Positions 26,163 to 41,250 of a stretch of DNA of 64,000 bases are shown here, piece by piece. The DNA comes from Octopus sinensis (Eukaryota), in contig NC_042997.1 of NCBI RefSeq assembly GCF_006345805.1, forward strand, positions 178,932,001-178,996,000, written 5' to 3'. The stretch's first letter is position 1. Each line of letters begins with the position of its first letter. The notes below the pieces were generated by a model, which was not told the DNA's origin, searched no databases, and was given only the letters and a program-made list of their open reading frames with translations. Both the position numbers and the translations under genes were made by a program.

Positions 26163-26871
26163 GTAAGTAAACATTCATTTTAGAAATATATTCTTTATTC
26201 GTATTGCTTAAGCGTTACTCCCTTACTTCCTTAATTACCGACATGAAATTTCGTAACATTTTACCTCCTAACTGATTTTTGTTCAATACGACTAGTGATT
26301 CTGAATTCCTCATGCAGTTTTCCATCACTTAAGCCAAAGAAAGGTATACGTTTAATTTAAAATTTTTAAAAATCATGTTAATTGAAGATGAATATCTACC
26401 TTACTGCCCCCCTTGAGGTCGCATATATTTGATGTAACTTTTTTCAACTGAACCAAAGATCAAATAATTCATGCCAAATCTCAAACAATTTATGCCAAAG
26501 TGTAGCTGAGGAGGTGTCCTCTTTAAAACTATTAACAATTTGCAATTTAGTTGAGAACTGAATTAGTGGTGAAGCTTGGAAACTGCTACAATTGACGAAA
26601 TGGTGGACTTAAGAATATGTTCAACCGTGGTTGAATCATAGCTAATTTTGTGTAATGATATGAATAGGATTCAATAGATCATCAGAAATTGTGCGAAACA
26701 TTGAATTCTGTTGAACTGAAGTCTGAATTTCAGTGTGACAGTTTATTTCATCATTTATTTTTTCGTAGAATGAATATATCAGATCAAGTTATAAAAAATT
26801 GGAGAACTTATAAAGTATCACCCCCAGGTCTCCAATTAAAAAAATATGTAAATAAAAGGTATCAACAATAC

Positions 26872-26972
<101 letters not shown>

Positions 26973-28725
26973 ATTTACATATATAATATTTCTATTTCAC
27001 TTTTAACATAGGTTTGGAAAAGTAGACTACTTCTGGCCTAAGTGGTACTATAAATCAATGTGGTTTAACAGCACGGGTTTAATTTGAAAAGTTTGCAATT
27101 ATAGGTTTGAATGGTACGGTAATTCATACAGATAAATGTAATCATTTTCAATTACAACACATTAATAGAAAACAAGTTGTGAGTTAATCCCCTGACAGAA
27201 ATAGTGTTGTACATATGTTCATGAAATATAGTTCTTTTTGTGTCACTCGTGTACTGCGAAGAGAAAGCCGTTTCTTTTGATTTGAAAGAAAGAATATTGT
27301 CATAAAATAGTTTACAGCTTCGTAGAATATGAGATGCGGCAAATTTGGTAACCATTTCAAATTCAACGTGTTTTGTAAAGACAAGCTGAAGTTAAAGAAC
27401 AACAAAGCAACAACAAAGAGAGAGCGAAACAGAGAGATTATGTGAGAGAGAGAGGGAGAGTTTGTGAGAGAAAGAGAAGGAGTAGAGGGTAACAAAGAAA
27501 GAGAGATGGGGGGGGGTCGGACAGCTAAATAGCAGAAAAATAAAGAAACCAGACAATTGTGATTTCGATTCTAAATGTATAAGAACTTGCCTGTGATATA
27601 ATGCACTCTCATTTGGTCTAATAAATCAATGAAAGACGGCTGACTAATATAAATTCATTTAGCTGCATAACACTCGCTATATTAGGCATTTAAAGAATAA
27701 ATCCTATATAAAGGATGCAGGAATTGTCTTCCCAGTGTGCCTTTAGACATGGGAAGCTGGTAGTCACTTTGGATTCTGAATTCTTCAGAGTTTCGGAGAT
27801 GGCTTGACTAATGTTTTAGCTTAAATAATTAATCCTAAAGAGGGACTGTGAGCAATTTGTACTGCAAATGGTTTCAAAGTGTATAATTGTATAAAGAAAT
27901 TCGATGACCCTTAGGCTCTCATCTATATTATATCTGAAATGAAGGTATTCAAAATTACGAGATAGGAGAAAATGTAGCTGGATTATATAATTCTGATAAT
28001 TTGCTATACATTTCTTAGCAGATATTGCACTGCAAATTATACCTGTGCCTGACAGACATTTAGAAGCACTTCTATTCGTCAAGATCTCGTCGCCATCTTC
28101 TTGCTTAGTTTATAATATTTTATATTCAGCTAGCGATCGCTTTATAGAGTATACACACACACACACACACATGCAGAAATCCCAACACGCCCAATACTCC
28201 ACACAAACGCACGTACACGCCTACATACATGTCCGTTTAAGCTGATTCACACATTCATACAAATATCTACGATAGCACAGATATCCAACATAATATAACA
28301 TTTACGTAATTCACACAAGAGTACTATGTAACTAATATTCATTCTTTACACCCAAGCGTGTGCAGAGGCGTGCACAATTGCACCTGCGTGCCCACACATA
28401 CACGCACACAAACATCTATACCAATATACACTTAGGCATTAATTCAAGAAAACGCAAATGTACACATACACGCAAACAAATATACATGTAGTCATGTGAA
28501 GTATTACTGCTCAAGATGGAGCCCCCAACGACCGATTTTCCAACATTCCGTATTTGCTTAATATATAAGGGATTGCTCAATGGTCACACTTTCAGTTACC
28601 ACATGCATACATACATACATGCACACACATATGCATGCATACATACATACATAAACACATGCATACATACATACATACATACATACATACATACATACAT
28701 ACATACATACATACATACATGTATA

Positions 28726-28995
28726 TAGTGAAGGTGTGTGCTTGTAGTTAGTGTATTCGGCTTAATTTCGTAAGGACGTGAGTTCGATCTTCGGCGGGGT
28801 ATTTCCCTTTCCTCCAGTTCACTCAACTGATACAAATGAAAAATACCTGTAATTCAAAGTGCTAGCCTTGTCACATTTCGAGTCACGATGAATCTCTTTG
28901 AGAACTATGTCAAGGATAAACGTATCTGAGGATTGCTCAGCCACTTGCACGTTAATTTCATGAGCAGGCTGTTCAGTTGATTTGATCAGATCAAC
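28726..28995 (+). mobile_element. Diverged family C-like SINE after a (CATA)n tract
   Basis: gtgaaggtgtgtg..gtgagttcgat..ctccagttcactcaactg..gctagccttgtcaca. Confidence 0.65.
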
Positions 28996-29913
28996 TGGAA
29001 CACTATCGACTTAACCGAAAAAGTACCAATGGCTTGTATATATGTATAACATATATACGCGCATTTATATGTTTGTATGAATACATCTCGTTCTCTGTAT
29101 ATCTGTATATAGATGTATATACAATCAAACATACATACATATATACATGCACATATACATCATTACATCCATTATAATATATCAAATGTTTGATAAAGAA
29201 TCAAGAAATACATGGACATGAAATGATGCAATTTTCTTATACATCGAGTACCTAAACCAATTACTTACGAAATATCATTATGCGGTATGCTTATATTTTC
29301 ATTTCTTGTCATTTATTCTATTTTAAGCATGTCCTCTAGCTATGAACATTGGTTTCAGTTAAGCACAAGCGTAATTAATTGCAAAAACCTGCAGTCTAAC
29401 TGACTTAACCCCTTTACATTATTTATCTTAAGTGGTTTCGATACGCTGTTCCTTCTGGTTTCGAAGCATACAGAATTATTTCAATACGTTATTAACTTAC
29501 TTATAAGATGGATTGCTATTTTATATCACGATTTCTATAATAGAAACGCAGATGAACAAATCAATAGAACGAGTGAGAGAATATATGGTAGCGTTCATTT
29601 ATATGCCAATACATATTGAGTTCAGATCCCACCAAAAGCGTTTCATCATTCTGGAACCGATAAAATAAGTAGTTTTCAAATAACAGGGTTAGTATTATCA
29701 ACCATACCCACTTGTCATAACCGGAACCCTCATGCCTTCCTAAGAATTTTGTGCACTTTTAGAGTCTATCTATTGGAGGAAGAGCAGATAAATATTTTAA
29801 ATAAAACGTGCATAAGAATTAAGAGAAAATAAATATCTCATAACGCTCAAACGGTTCCTGGTTGAACATCTTCAAGAAATTCCAGATAAACCTCCAACAT
29901 CCGGATATATCTC

Positions 29914-30326
29914 TTATTTCTTTATTGCCCACAAGGGGCTAAACATAGAGTGAACAAACAAGGACAGACAAAGATATTAACTCGCTTACATCGACCCCAG
30001 TGCGTAACTGGTATTCAATTCATCGACCCCGAAAGGATGAAAGGCAAAGTCGACCTCGGCGGAATTTGAACGCAGAACGTAAGGGCAGATGAAATACCTA
30101 TTTCTTTATTACCCCCAAGGGGCTAAACACAGAGGGGACAAACAAGGACAGACATAGGTATTAAGTCGATTACATCGACCTCAGTGCGTAACTGGTACTT
30201 AATTTATCGACCCCGAAAGGATGAAAGGCAAAGTCGACCTCGGCGGAATTTGAACTCAGAACGTAACGGCAGACGAAATACCGCTAAGCATTTCGCCCAG
30301 CGTGCTAACGATTCTGCTAGCTCGCA
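29914..30326 (-). mobile_element. Dimeric family A SINE with 13-bp target-site duplication
   Basis: One head, two body+tail units; CCGGATATATCTC at 29901-29913 and 30327-30339. Confidence 0.95.
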
Positions 30327-30640
30327 CCGGATATATCTCTGCAAGCAATAACTCTTTACACCAACTTGCTATCGTGCCCAAAGAATGACTATAATATGCA
30401 ACATCACTAAATGTCTTTTCAACGTGGTGCTATTAAATTTGTCATGGTCTGGAGTAATTCCGGCCGAAACGTATTGAGATCTACACACACACAAACGCAC
30501 TCGCACACACTTCTGCATTTACATGTATATAGACATCTATCTATCTATCTATATATATATTATTTATCAGACGAAGGTCGAAGTCTTTTATAGGTTCCTA
30601 GTACAGTGCTCTGTTGAGAGTTTAACTCCAACCATCTTAG

Positions 30641-30760
30641 CTTTTCTAGATGTAAATATAAATTGTTGTTTTCAATGGTTGTTAGAGCCTAAAGATGTAA
30701 ATATAAATTTTCTAGATGTAAATATAAATTGTTGTTTTCAATGGTTGTTAGAGCCTAAAT
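30641..30760. repeat. Local tandem duplication (about 51-bp unit plus partial unit)
   Basis: tttctagatgtaaatataaattgttgttttcaatggttgttagagcctaaa twice, separated by gatgtaaatataaat. Confidence 0.9.
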
Positions 30761-32241
30761 AGAGGAAACTCACAAGGTTGTGATCATGTAGAGATGATAC
30801 AGAGCAATTTGAAATGCTGCCCCAACAGAACCAGTAGAGAATTTGCATACACGAATTATTTCTAGCACTCTATCGCCGGGTTTTAGATGAAGAAAGAAGC
30901 TGGTCTTTTAAAGTAAGATATGTTTATATTTTCAATGGCGGGGTTTCCTCTAATTTTTAATTACAGTCATAAATCTGGTTTATAATAATTACTCGATATT
31001 GGCCGGTATATCAATAACCTAAAAATAATCAATTCAAAGAAAAAAAACTATAAATAAATTAAAGTGTAATACGCCCAATGAAGAAATTCGATTTGCAAGA
31101 AAACAAAGGAAATACTTACTCACACATACACATACACGCACGTACACACACACACACTCCTGATCACATACACATATAGATGTAAACGCGTATATGGATC
31201 CAAACACCACATATAGGTACAGGCAGATGCATGGACAGATACAAACGGACAAATACTCATATCTATCAACTAATCAATCCGTCAATCAGTTAATCAATCA
31301 TCCAATTAAGCTTCTTCTGTCTTTCCGTCTCTCTCTCTCTCCCGCTCTCTATCTATCTGTCTAAGTCAACTAGTCAAGAGACATGATAGAGCTCAATTTT
31401 AACGAAGGACGATATATTTACTATATTCAGTATAATCCAACCACGAATATACAGATCAACATTTGATTTCATTTGAAATAAGTGTTTTTATTCTTTTTCT
31501 CTTATATCAATTAATGAGCATAATCTCATTCCTCCTCACTCTCCCATATCTTACTCTCGATGATTACACTGGATAGGTATTATAGTCTTTGTTTTCATTT
31601 TGGCCGATATTTCGAGTGGCAGTGGTACTAAGCCTTCTGTGTAGGCTTTACTTGAAAAATGAAACCAATGGTAGCCTGCAGTGCTTTAGACTAGTTTCAA
31701 CCGAACATATTCACGCACACGTACATGTACACATGTGTGTGTATGTGTGAGTTTGTATTTGTGTATATGTGTGGCCGTTCGTGTGTATGTAGATAATTTG
31801 GATTGCGCAGTACTATGAATTGAAACGAAGCGTAAAACTACTCAATAATGTTAGTTTGAGTATAGAAATATTATTTCTTCTGTGTAAAATGCTTTTGGTT
31901 GTTTCCCGTTCACGGTCCTCAAACGGTTTTCTGTCCAGTCGCATGAAGGATAGAAACTTGCATCACCAATGGTGGCGTTTAAGATCCAGTTCTGAAGAGT
32001 CGTTCTATATGTTGTTTGTTTTCCATTTGTGTCTTTCGTTGTTCGAAAGAATAGGTCATGTTCCATGTACTTGTGCTTCGTACTTTTTTGTAGATGATTC
32101 GTGACGTCCTGTGCCTACATATGCATATATATATATATATATATATACATATATATACGTATAGATGTATGTACATATACGTATGTATATATGCATATCT
32201 ATATATAGATACACACATGTATGTACATAAATATAAATGTG

Positions 32242-32282
<41 letters not shown>

Positions 32283-32974
32283 TATATTATTATATATGAT
32301 TGAACGCCACGCATCCTCTTCCAAGAAAGTTATACACACACACTCACAAATTACACACATGTACATATATATGTAGTGTGTGTGTGTATAGATTTCTCAA
32401 AACAGGTGTTGTTATAATAAGATAGAGGTTCGTTATCCTTGTGTACATATGTTCCTGTGTTTGTTTGTGCACGTCTGTATAGATGTGTTTATGTAAAAAA
32501 ACATTTTTCAAATACATATCAGAATATCGAATACTATAGTGCAATGTGAAGAAGAACGAAAGATGAAAGATAAATAAAAAAGTATGTTACGCCAGCCAGA
32601 AAAGAAAATGGCGATAGATAAGAAAGGGAAAGAGAACGAGTGTTTTCAAAAAAAAAAAAAAACGCTGATAAAGGAAAGACGGATAGGTTTGGAAGGAGAC
32701 ACAATAGTAGTACATTAGTGGTATGAAAATCAGATTTGGACATGAAGAAATACATCACAGTCGTATTCTACATGGTATCGGTTTTATTATAGTTAAAGCT
32801 TGCGAATGGCCTGTCAGAATGTCAGCACACATCACACTCATAAGATCACAATGACCGGCAGCAGGTTTATCGATAAATTCCACAATAAAAGCTAAGTTTT
32901 ATGGACAGATGTTGTCCGAGAAAGCGAACGATGAAAATACGAAAGAAACTACACAAATGATGAAATAACGCACT

Positions 32975-33044
32975 AATAATAATAATAATAATAATAGTAA
33001 TAATAATGATAATAATAGTATTAATAATAGTAATAATAGTAATG

Positions 33045-33083
<39 letters not shown>

Positions 33084-33131
33084 GTAATAATAATAATAAT
33101 AGTATTAATAATAGTAATAATAATAATAATA

Positions 33132-33165
<34 letters not shown>

Positions 33166-33205
33166 TAATAATAAAGATAATGATACAGATAATAATACAG
33201 ATAAT
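32975..33205. repeat. (AAT)n microsatellite
   Basis: Direct reading. Confidence 0.95.
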
Positions 33206-33723
33206 AACTACAAGCAAACAGTTGTTTTGGAATCAGTGTACGGAACCATCGACATGATTCTTTCTCATGCAGATCATTATGATAATCTGAAAGAATGCCA
33301 AATAAAACAACAACAAATCATACATCTCTGCAAATACAATAATGCCAAATATGTATCTACGTAGTCGATCGATTTGCTAGATATACCAATACATTTTCTT
33401 ATCTCGAATCATATCTATATAACATAAAAAGAGGATGCGTTGAATAGTGTAGACCCACGTACACAATTCTTCAAAAGGAAAAAACGTTTGACTCTGTCAT
33501 AGTTAGAATGTATATATAAATAGATATGTTGATCAGAGCCAGGTAGATCTATCAATAACAAAAGCAGTAGCAGCAACCATGGCATTAAACGTAGCAGAAA
33601 GAAAAATAACATCGAGAGCAACAACAATCCAATGAACCGCTTGAACTACCTAGAAAGAAACTATCCCTCGAAGCTCAGGGTAGCATCTGAAGAGAGGGGG
33701 AACGTTAGACAATGAAGTCTATG

Positions 33724-33777
<54 letters not shown>

Positions 33778-34047
33778 TATTTTAAATTTCTTCTTGTACA
33801 TGTTTCAGTTACTTGACTGAGGCCATGCTGTAGCACCCTCACCATATACATGTATACGCATGCATATATATGTATAAGTATATATATATAAAAGTATATT
33901 TTTATATATGTATAACTATATATATATATACGCTATATATATATATACATATGAAACTATATTTTTATATATATATATACATATATATACATATAAAATT
34001 ATATTTTTATATTTGTATAACTATATATATATATGTTATATAAATGC

Positions 34048-34102
<55 letters not shown>

Positions 34103-34309
34103 ACACACACACACATATATGTATGAATTCTACAATTAAATGCAGCCGCTTCAATGGTCGTATTGCATTACTACTTCATATCCTGTTGCATATTTTGAGT
34201 TTATTCACCTTACTCGAGCTATGCGTATAATACTGGACTGACTTGGTGCTTCAACTTAAATACCTAATTCAACTGAATCTCAATTATTTCTTTATATATA
34301 TATATAGTG

Positions 34310-36660
34310 GGCTAGTAGTGTCCTGTATTAAGTTGTTTATTCATATTGAATTGTGGATGATGTTTATTAATTAAAGTTGCCTCTTTATATAATTTTTCCT
34401 CTACTGAATTGTTCTCTGAACATTGATAAAAAGGTAAAATTAGGAAGTTCGGTTTTAGGCTCCTAGCAAATATTTATCTGTGCTCACCGACCTGTATCAG
34501 TCTATATTATGGTTAGCGGATTTGTTCTTTGTGAAGACTTGTTCTCACAATTAGGACTCCCGCATTTTTTCACATTTAGTTCCGTTGTTAATGGATATAG
34601 TCTTGCGATGGTTAATATTCATTTCCATGATTTTGGTTGCCTTTTGCTCTTGATAATTTTGTGTGCTCTTAAAATTCTGAGAATGGTTCGATTTTCGATG
34701 ATGATGTTGAAGGCCACATTGTTTCTATTGTTGTGTGAAGAGATGTATGGGAGTATTTTTAGATCTGGTGTAGTATTTCGGTTATATGCCCCTAATGTTT
34801 GTATGTCTATTTCCTTTGCTCGTTTAATCCCATCATTTATTAATGATGTTGGATAATGTCTTCTGATTAGTGTTGATTTAAGTTCAAAGAGTCTTCGTTC
34901 ACCAGTATTGGTATCCGAAACTGTGGTACAGATTCTTTTCGCTAGATTATAGAATATATTAAGTTTTATGTGTTCGAGGTGGCATGAGTTGAATAATAGG
35001 ATGTGTTTTGAATCTGTGCGTTTATAGAAGATGTCCGTTTCGATGTGGTTGTTGACTATTTTAATTAGGATATCAAGAAAAGGAAGTTGCTTATTGCAGC
35101 GTTCCATGGTGAATTGAATTTTGCTATTGATATTGTTGAGGATTATTTTGAAATCGAGGAGTTTGTCAATGCTATCGTTCCAAAATATAAAGCATCTAAA
35201 TATCTCTTCCAGTCCTCCTTTAAATAGCAATGAAATGAGGTACCATATTTTTGTAGTGATGATTAGTATATTTCAAGTTCTAGATAACCCATTACAAGGT
35301 TCGCAATCACAGGGGCAACTTGAGTTCCCATTGCAATTCCACATTTTTGTCGATGGGAAACTATATCGAACATGAAATAGTTGTTCTGTAAGATAAATTT
35401 AATTACTGCAATTTTGAAGTTGTGGTTGATGCGTCCTGGGATCTCTTCTGGGAATTTCTCTGGCCAGAATTTCTCTGTATGTCCATGGTGATTGCTTCTA
35501 TACTATAATCGTGTTGGATATTGTTGTACAATTTCACCATATTGAATGATACTAACAGAGTTCCTTCATTTATTGTTTTCGGGAGGTGGTTAAGCATGTC
35601 TAAATCATCCCTGATGAAGCTTTTCACATATTTCAAAAATGGTTTGAGTAAGATGCCGAGGAAATTGCTCAAACGGTGGGTTTCACAAGCAGGGCCAACA
35701 ATGATGTCGTAGCTTGAGGTTAGTAAGGGGAAGAGCATTAATGTATTGGCTTCGAGATTCTTTGCAAACTTTACTAATATGTGTGTTTTTGCGTATTTTA
35801 GGTAATCCGTAGAATAAATTTGGTCTGTATTTAAAATTGGATAAATAGTCAATTTCTTTTTTAGTGACGCTCTTTCCATGTTTTTGAAGTAAGGAGGATA
35901 ATTTTTTTGTATCTTCTGTAGGTTATAGCGCTCTATCTTCTCATAGTAAATATTGCTTTCCAACATGGAGGGTATTAAAAGTTTTACAGTACTCTGTGTC
36001 AATCACAACTACCGCACTTCTTTTATCGGTTTCTTTAACGGCCAGGTTTATATAATATTTTAACTCGATTAAGAGTTTTTAAACTCCATTCAGTTATGTT
36101 GAGTTTGGATTTAATTCGTTGTTTTTATTGGGTATTAAATGGAATATTGGTAATATGTTCACAAAAGTCATCAGGTGCTTTATTTCTGCCTTTTGTACAG
36201 CAGCATTCGCTTTTGTTTTTAACTATTGAGTCAACTTCGCTGGTGTAGTTGTGAAGTGCTTCTGTGAGGCATACATTTCGGCAAAAATCTATAGTGTTAT
36301 CTTTGAATTCATTCGGGTTCTATCTGCGAGGAGTCGGTGTAAACTTCAAACCTCTTGCTAGATAAGTTGATTATTTTCGGTTGTTCATGTATATTTTGTT
36401 CCATTTCACATCATTGTTTCACTGATTTAGGTCTAAACAATGGTTATAGTAGGCGGATTGTTGTGAGATGTCTGTATTGTATTTGGTTTTGTATTGAGAA
36501 ATTGAGTGTAAAGTGAGTCTGTAGTAGTATGTTTGTTGTGGAGTGACTGTGTAGTGGAATAGATTATGGTTATTATATTACACATTCCAAAATTTGATGG
36601 TCGCGGCTCAAGTGCTTTTGACCTTACGTATTCTTCATCAGGGCTGATCTGAAGCAAAAT
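34310..36660 (-). mobile_element. Degenerate Penelope-like element (RT plus GIY-YIG remnant), pseudogene
   Basis: Minus frames: N-terminus LARGLKFTPTP (about 36350); RT IVGPACETHRLSNFLGILLKP..SFN..KLYNNIQH; LPFLDILIK..IETDIFYKRTD..FNSCH; C-terminal LILPFYQC..EKLYKEATLINKHHPQFN. Frameshifts, stops and internal deletions present. Confidence 0.9.
36605..36648 (-). ncRNA. Decayed hammerhead-like motif at the PLE 5' end
   Basis: Minus strand cagccCTGATGAagaatacgtaaggtcAAAAgc: core intact, GAAA changed, stem I not reconstructable. Confidence 0.25.
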
Positions 36661-37172
36661 ATATCGTCACCAACAAGAGCACAAGCAACAACAGATATTC
36701 CCAATAAATCAGGCATAGAGATAGAAGTTAACCTAACATAAAGGAAGAGAAAACACACACGCACACACACACACATAATAGGTAATTTATTAACATGAAC
36801 CGCTCTTCATATGTCTGTTTTAAGTTTCATCATTCGATCGCTCGTTCAATTTCAAATGCTTGGATATTATTGGAAAATATTGTACAGTAAATCAGAGAAT
36901 GATATGCAAAAGTCTATTACTGCGTGTAGATACCAACCCTCTTCCCTTGTTTTTAATGTATACCCCTTCCATATTCGTGTTATTTTCAATTTCCCTTTTT
37001 TTTTATTCTTTGCTTCTTTTTTATTTTAATGTTCTTCTATGGAAATTGGTTGAAATAGAAACAGATATTTATCATAGACCTAGTCTACTGTATAATGTAA
37101 ACTTTACAGACCTAATGGAACGTAGGCTTAGAATGAAATTGTCACATTATATTGTAGCACACACGCATATAC

Positions 37173-37228
<56 letters not shown>

Positions 37229-38179
37229 CTCACACATATACACGTGCGCACACACACATTAGATATATACGCATATACATCAGCAGAGGTTCTTGCAGAC
37301 GTAATATGGAGCCGACCATTCCTTTGTAGTTCGAGAAATGATTTACTCGATTTGATAAGGAATATAAAATAGCGACAGCAAAAGAATAAACTCAAGCGCA
37401 TGCACCCTCCCACATACACAAGCACTCATATACACATCGTACACATGCATACATATACATATATACATATACATACACATACATGTATATGCACTTATAA
37501 AAACATATATACCCACGCATACTGTAAATTACCAGATAAACACGTACATGTGCGTGTGCATATATATATCTGTAAGTTTATGTGTTTGCGTGCTTATGTA
37601 CGTACGTAAGTATGTATGTGTGTGTATAACGTGTTTGTGAATCTATATTTCTTTGATAAAAGCTTACAGAAAGACGCTGACAGAAAATACGATTACTTTT
37701 CTATGAAGTATTATGATATTGCAAAAACAATATAAAACGCTATACTTTGAAATAGCTGCTGAGATAGAAGCAAGAAATACAGTAATCTCATGGAATATAT
37801 CCCAAATATTTGGAAATTGGAATTAGTGGAATATTCCAATTAAAAACCTCTATCAATATCCAACCCAAACTAAATTATATAAAACTTTAAAGGATTAAAA
37901 CCAAATCAACACAAAATATGTACTTTTAATAAAACAAATACTAAATCACTTGTTTACCGTTATAGAAACAGAGAAATTCTCAGATAGATGGGGATTCAGT
38001 TTTGTTTCCAGCCTACAAAAATTTCACGTTTCTGCTGTTATCATTGGCACTGAGCTGTTCTTTTGCCAAAGACATATAATGTTCAACAGCTCAGTTAAGA
38101 TAATTACAAACATCTAAGTCTGAGCAGTACTGTTCAGCACAGCATATATAAACAATGTTATATAACTAATATGTTCAAG

Positions 38180-38520
38180 TTGAAGGAGCATGGCTCAGTG
38201 ATTAGAGCATTGAAGTCAAATCATGAGGCAGTGACTTTGATTGCCGGACGGGGCTGTATGTTGTGTTCTTGAGCAAGATACTTTATTTCGCATTCCTCCA
38301 GTACACTTAGCTGGCGAAATGAATTGCGACGTCATTTTACCGGGCTATATCGACCTTTCTCTTGGATAAACATTGGTGATGTGGAGTTGGGAGGCGAGTA
38401 CGCATGGGCGACTACTAGTCTTTCAGAAAAAACAAATTTGCCTGGACTTGTGCATCGGAGGATTACCTTTATAAGTTCAATGCCATGGTCATTCATGATC
38501 GAAGGAGGTCTTTAACCTTT
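38180..38520 (+). mobile_element. Family C SINE
   Basis: gaaggagcatggctcagtgattagagc..gtgttcttgagcaagatact..gaattgcgacgtca..catgatcgaaggaggtc. Confidence 0.85.
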
Positions 38521-38642
38521 ATGTTGAATGAAAATACTGTATAACTCTGGCACGTCATTCTTACCCAAGGATACAATGTAACAGCGATAAACTACATGCA
38601 ATTTACTTTTTAAATGTCCAAACTGATCTTCACATTTTTATA

Positions 38643-39170
38643 TATCAGGCCGAGTAAAAAGTAAGCAATGTTTTGGAAACACGGAATTCTTCACAATATA
38701 TTTCAACAACATGGAAATTTTCTTCATCAACATAAGTACAGTTACAATCAACACATTTTTGCCAACGAGTTTACAAGTTTGTTTATTCTGGTAACATAAA
38801 AATCGGGAGTTCTGGAGGTGATGAACTCTTTGAACGCACTTTCAGCTTCTCCTTGATTTTTGAACTCCTTCCCTCGCAGGAAACCATCAAGGTGTCTGAA
38901 AAAGTGGTACTCCGTCGGAGAAAGATCCAGGGAATAAGCTGGGTGGGGAAGAACTTCGTAGTCAAGTTCTCTCAAATTCTGGAGAAACATGTGGTCAAGC
39001 ATTGTCACGAAGAATGTTTGGTCCTCTTCTATTGATCAGTCTGGGAGGGAGGAGTAGCAGTTTTTCGTTCATTTTGGCAATTTCATGGCAAAAGGTTTCT
39101 GCAGTAATGGTTTTTCCGGGTTTTAATAAGTTATAGTAGATGAGTCCAGTGGTACACCACGAAACAGTCA
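38643..39170 (-). mobile_element. 5'-truncated mariner transposon (second family), pseudogene
   Basis: RDNA*PH, LPHPAYSLDLSPTEYHFFRHLD motifs; TIR tatcaggccgagtaaaaagtaagcaatg. Confidence 0.95.
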
Positions 39171-39272
39171 TGTAACATGCTCAAGAACACAACACACAAC
39201 CTGGTCTGGGAATCCATCCAACAATCTCATGATTGAGGGCCCGACGCTTTAACCATTGAGCAATACGCCCTC
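39170..39272 (-). mobile_element. Family C SINE head fragment
   Basis: gctcaagaacacaacacac..ggaatcc..cgacgctttaacca. Confidence 0.7.
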
Positions 39273-40824
39273 TCTCTCTCTGATATATATATATATGTGT
39301 GTGTGCGGGCGTGTGTATGTACGTGTGTTTGTATACATATAGAGTCCGTCTGTAAATACAATTCCTTCGATGTATTATCAACTTGCGATAACATTTAATA
39401 AATTGCAATAACACTGAATTAAAATATACAAATGTTTCATTTCCTGAAGTGTATATACGTATTTTGGGAGGATTCTATGTATAGCTATTAAGAATTTTTT
39501 ATCTTCTCATGTACATACATATGTGTATGTGTGCGTGTGTGTGTACTTCAGATATATATTTCCAAGAAACTATGTATAATGCACTTGCGTAATATACATT
39601 CACAATCAATTTCTAAGTTTTTTGGAAATCGTTACTATCACTCTCCTAATAGATACTGATATTTTCAGATAAGGTTTCTTTAATATATCTCGTTGTACGT
39701 TTAAAAATTCTAAAATACAGCTAATTTAAAATGGTATTAAAACTTGAATGACATTAACTTATAGACAGAGATAGATGCTTATGTGTCTGAAATGTCAAAT
39801 GTTATCTGTATTTAACCAACACCTCTTTAAAGCGTTTAGCGTTCAGATAAACAATATTATGTTGTCAGAACAAATAGATCGACAGGTATTCTACAGGGCA
39901 TAATACAACATTTGATTTTCAGACACGAAATGAACACTATTTCGCATGCAGTTGGCGCAGATATAAACATACGTAATTCAAACTTACTGGCAGAGACATG
40001 CTGTAAATTAATTCTACGCTGATGCATATTCCTGTGTACGAGCATGTCATAGTTAAAGATTTCTCTTTGCGGACATAATTAGCTTAGTACGCCAGACAGA
40101 GTGCCAACAAAGGCTGCCATTTTTGTTTCGAATATCATGTTGAAAATACGGTGTAATGTAATCTTCTTGTCAATGTTCAACAACCATTAGTCTATCAATC
40201 TTATCAGTAGGGGGTGTAAGGTGTCAATCGGTAAATCAAAGTGGTTATTCTCTTAAGATTTCCACAAACTTAAAGAATAGTACCTCAATGTAAATTTAGA
40301 ATGGCTTTTAGTGGCCAGCTTTTCTCTTTTAATTATATCCTATGTCCAATATAATCACACAAATACATCTTTAAAGCATGCCAAAATTTCTCTCCATAAA
40401 TCCTGTTACGATATTTCCTTTATTTGTGCTGATTGATTACATTCTAATGGCACTCTTCAAATTTAACATATATGTATTTCGTTATATTTAATGTATCGTA
40501 AAATTATTCAATCGATATTCATGTTTGAATATGAACGGTTTTTCAGTATAACAAAATAAGAAACCAAGAGGAAGAACTAAAAATATAATAAAAAGAAATA
40601 ACGGCAAACTTACTATTTCTTTTCTTCAATATTGTCGAGGATGGATCAAACAGATGCAGTAATGTGTTCTTTGGAAATTTCTCAGATACATATAATAAAT
40701 AGGTTTCCATCATTAATATATGGTTTTTGACGGATTGAAAAATGATATTATATACTGTGACGAATAACTGCACTTAGGTTCCTTTAGATTCTATTGATTT
40801 CTACAGATGTTGACATATATGTAC

Positions 40825-40895
40825 CTTGTTGATGTTTGCTTGACAGACTTTGTTTTTCTGTTGACCGAACGCAACGATTGTTTGTGATTTGAAAT
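40825..40895 (-). CDS. Candidate 71-nt exon (unverified)
   Basis: Acceptor caatcttttatctag, donor AAG|gtacat; all three frames open; no recognised homology. Confidence 0.15.
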
Positions 40896-41164
40896 CTAGA
40901 TAAAAGATTGACTAAATCGTAGTGATATATGCTTAAAGTAAATCTGATTTATTGTCGAAATTTGTTCGGTTCAATGTTGTCGACATCGATCATTATCAAG
41001 TCGAATAAAATAGCTTAGCTACCGTTGACGTCTATTCCATTTCATAAGGAATCACTATATTTATACGTCATCGAAAAAGCTATCCGAACGTTCTGACGTA
41101 AAAAAAAAACATGTATATAATCTTATAAATATCATTCTCAGTCAGAAGATTTTTCTCTGTTTAG

Positions 41165-41200
<36 letters not shown>

Positions 41201-41203
41201 ATA

Positions 41204-41250
<47 letters not shown>

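Noticed and set aside
39954-39977. GADINIRN, an ankyrin-repeat-like octapeptide
   Set aside because: No TPLH or other ankyrin context, and the frame stops shortly after.
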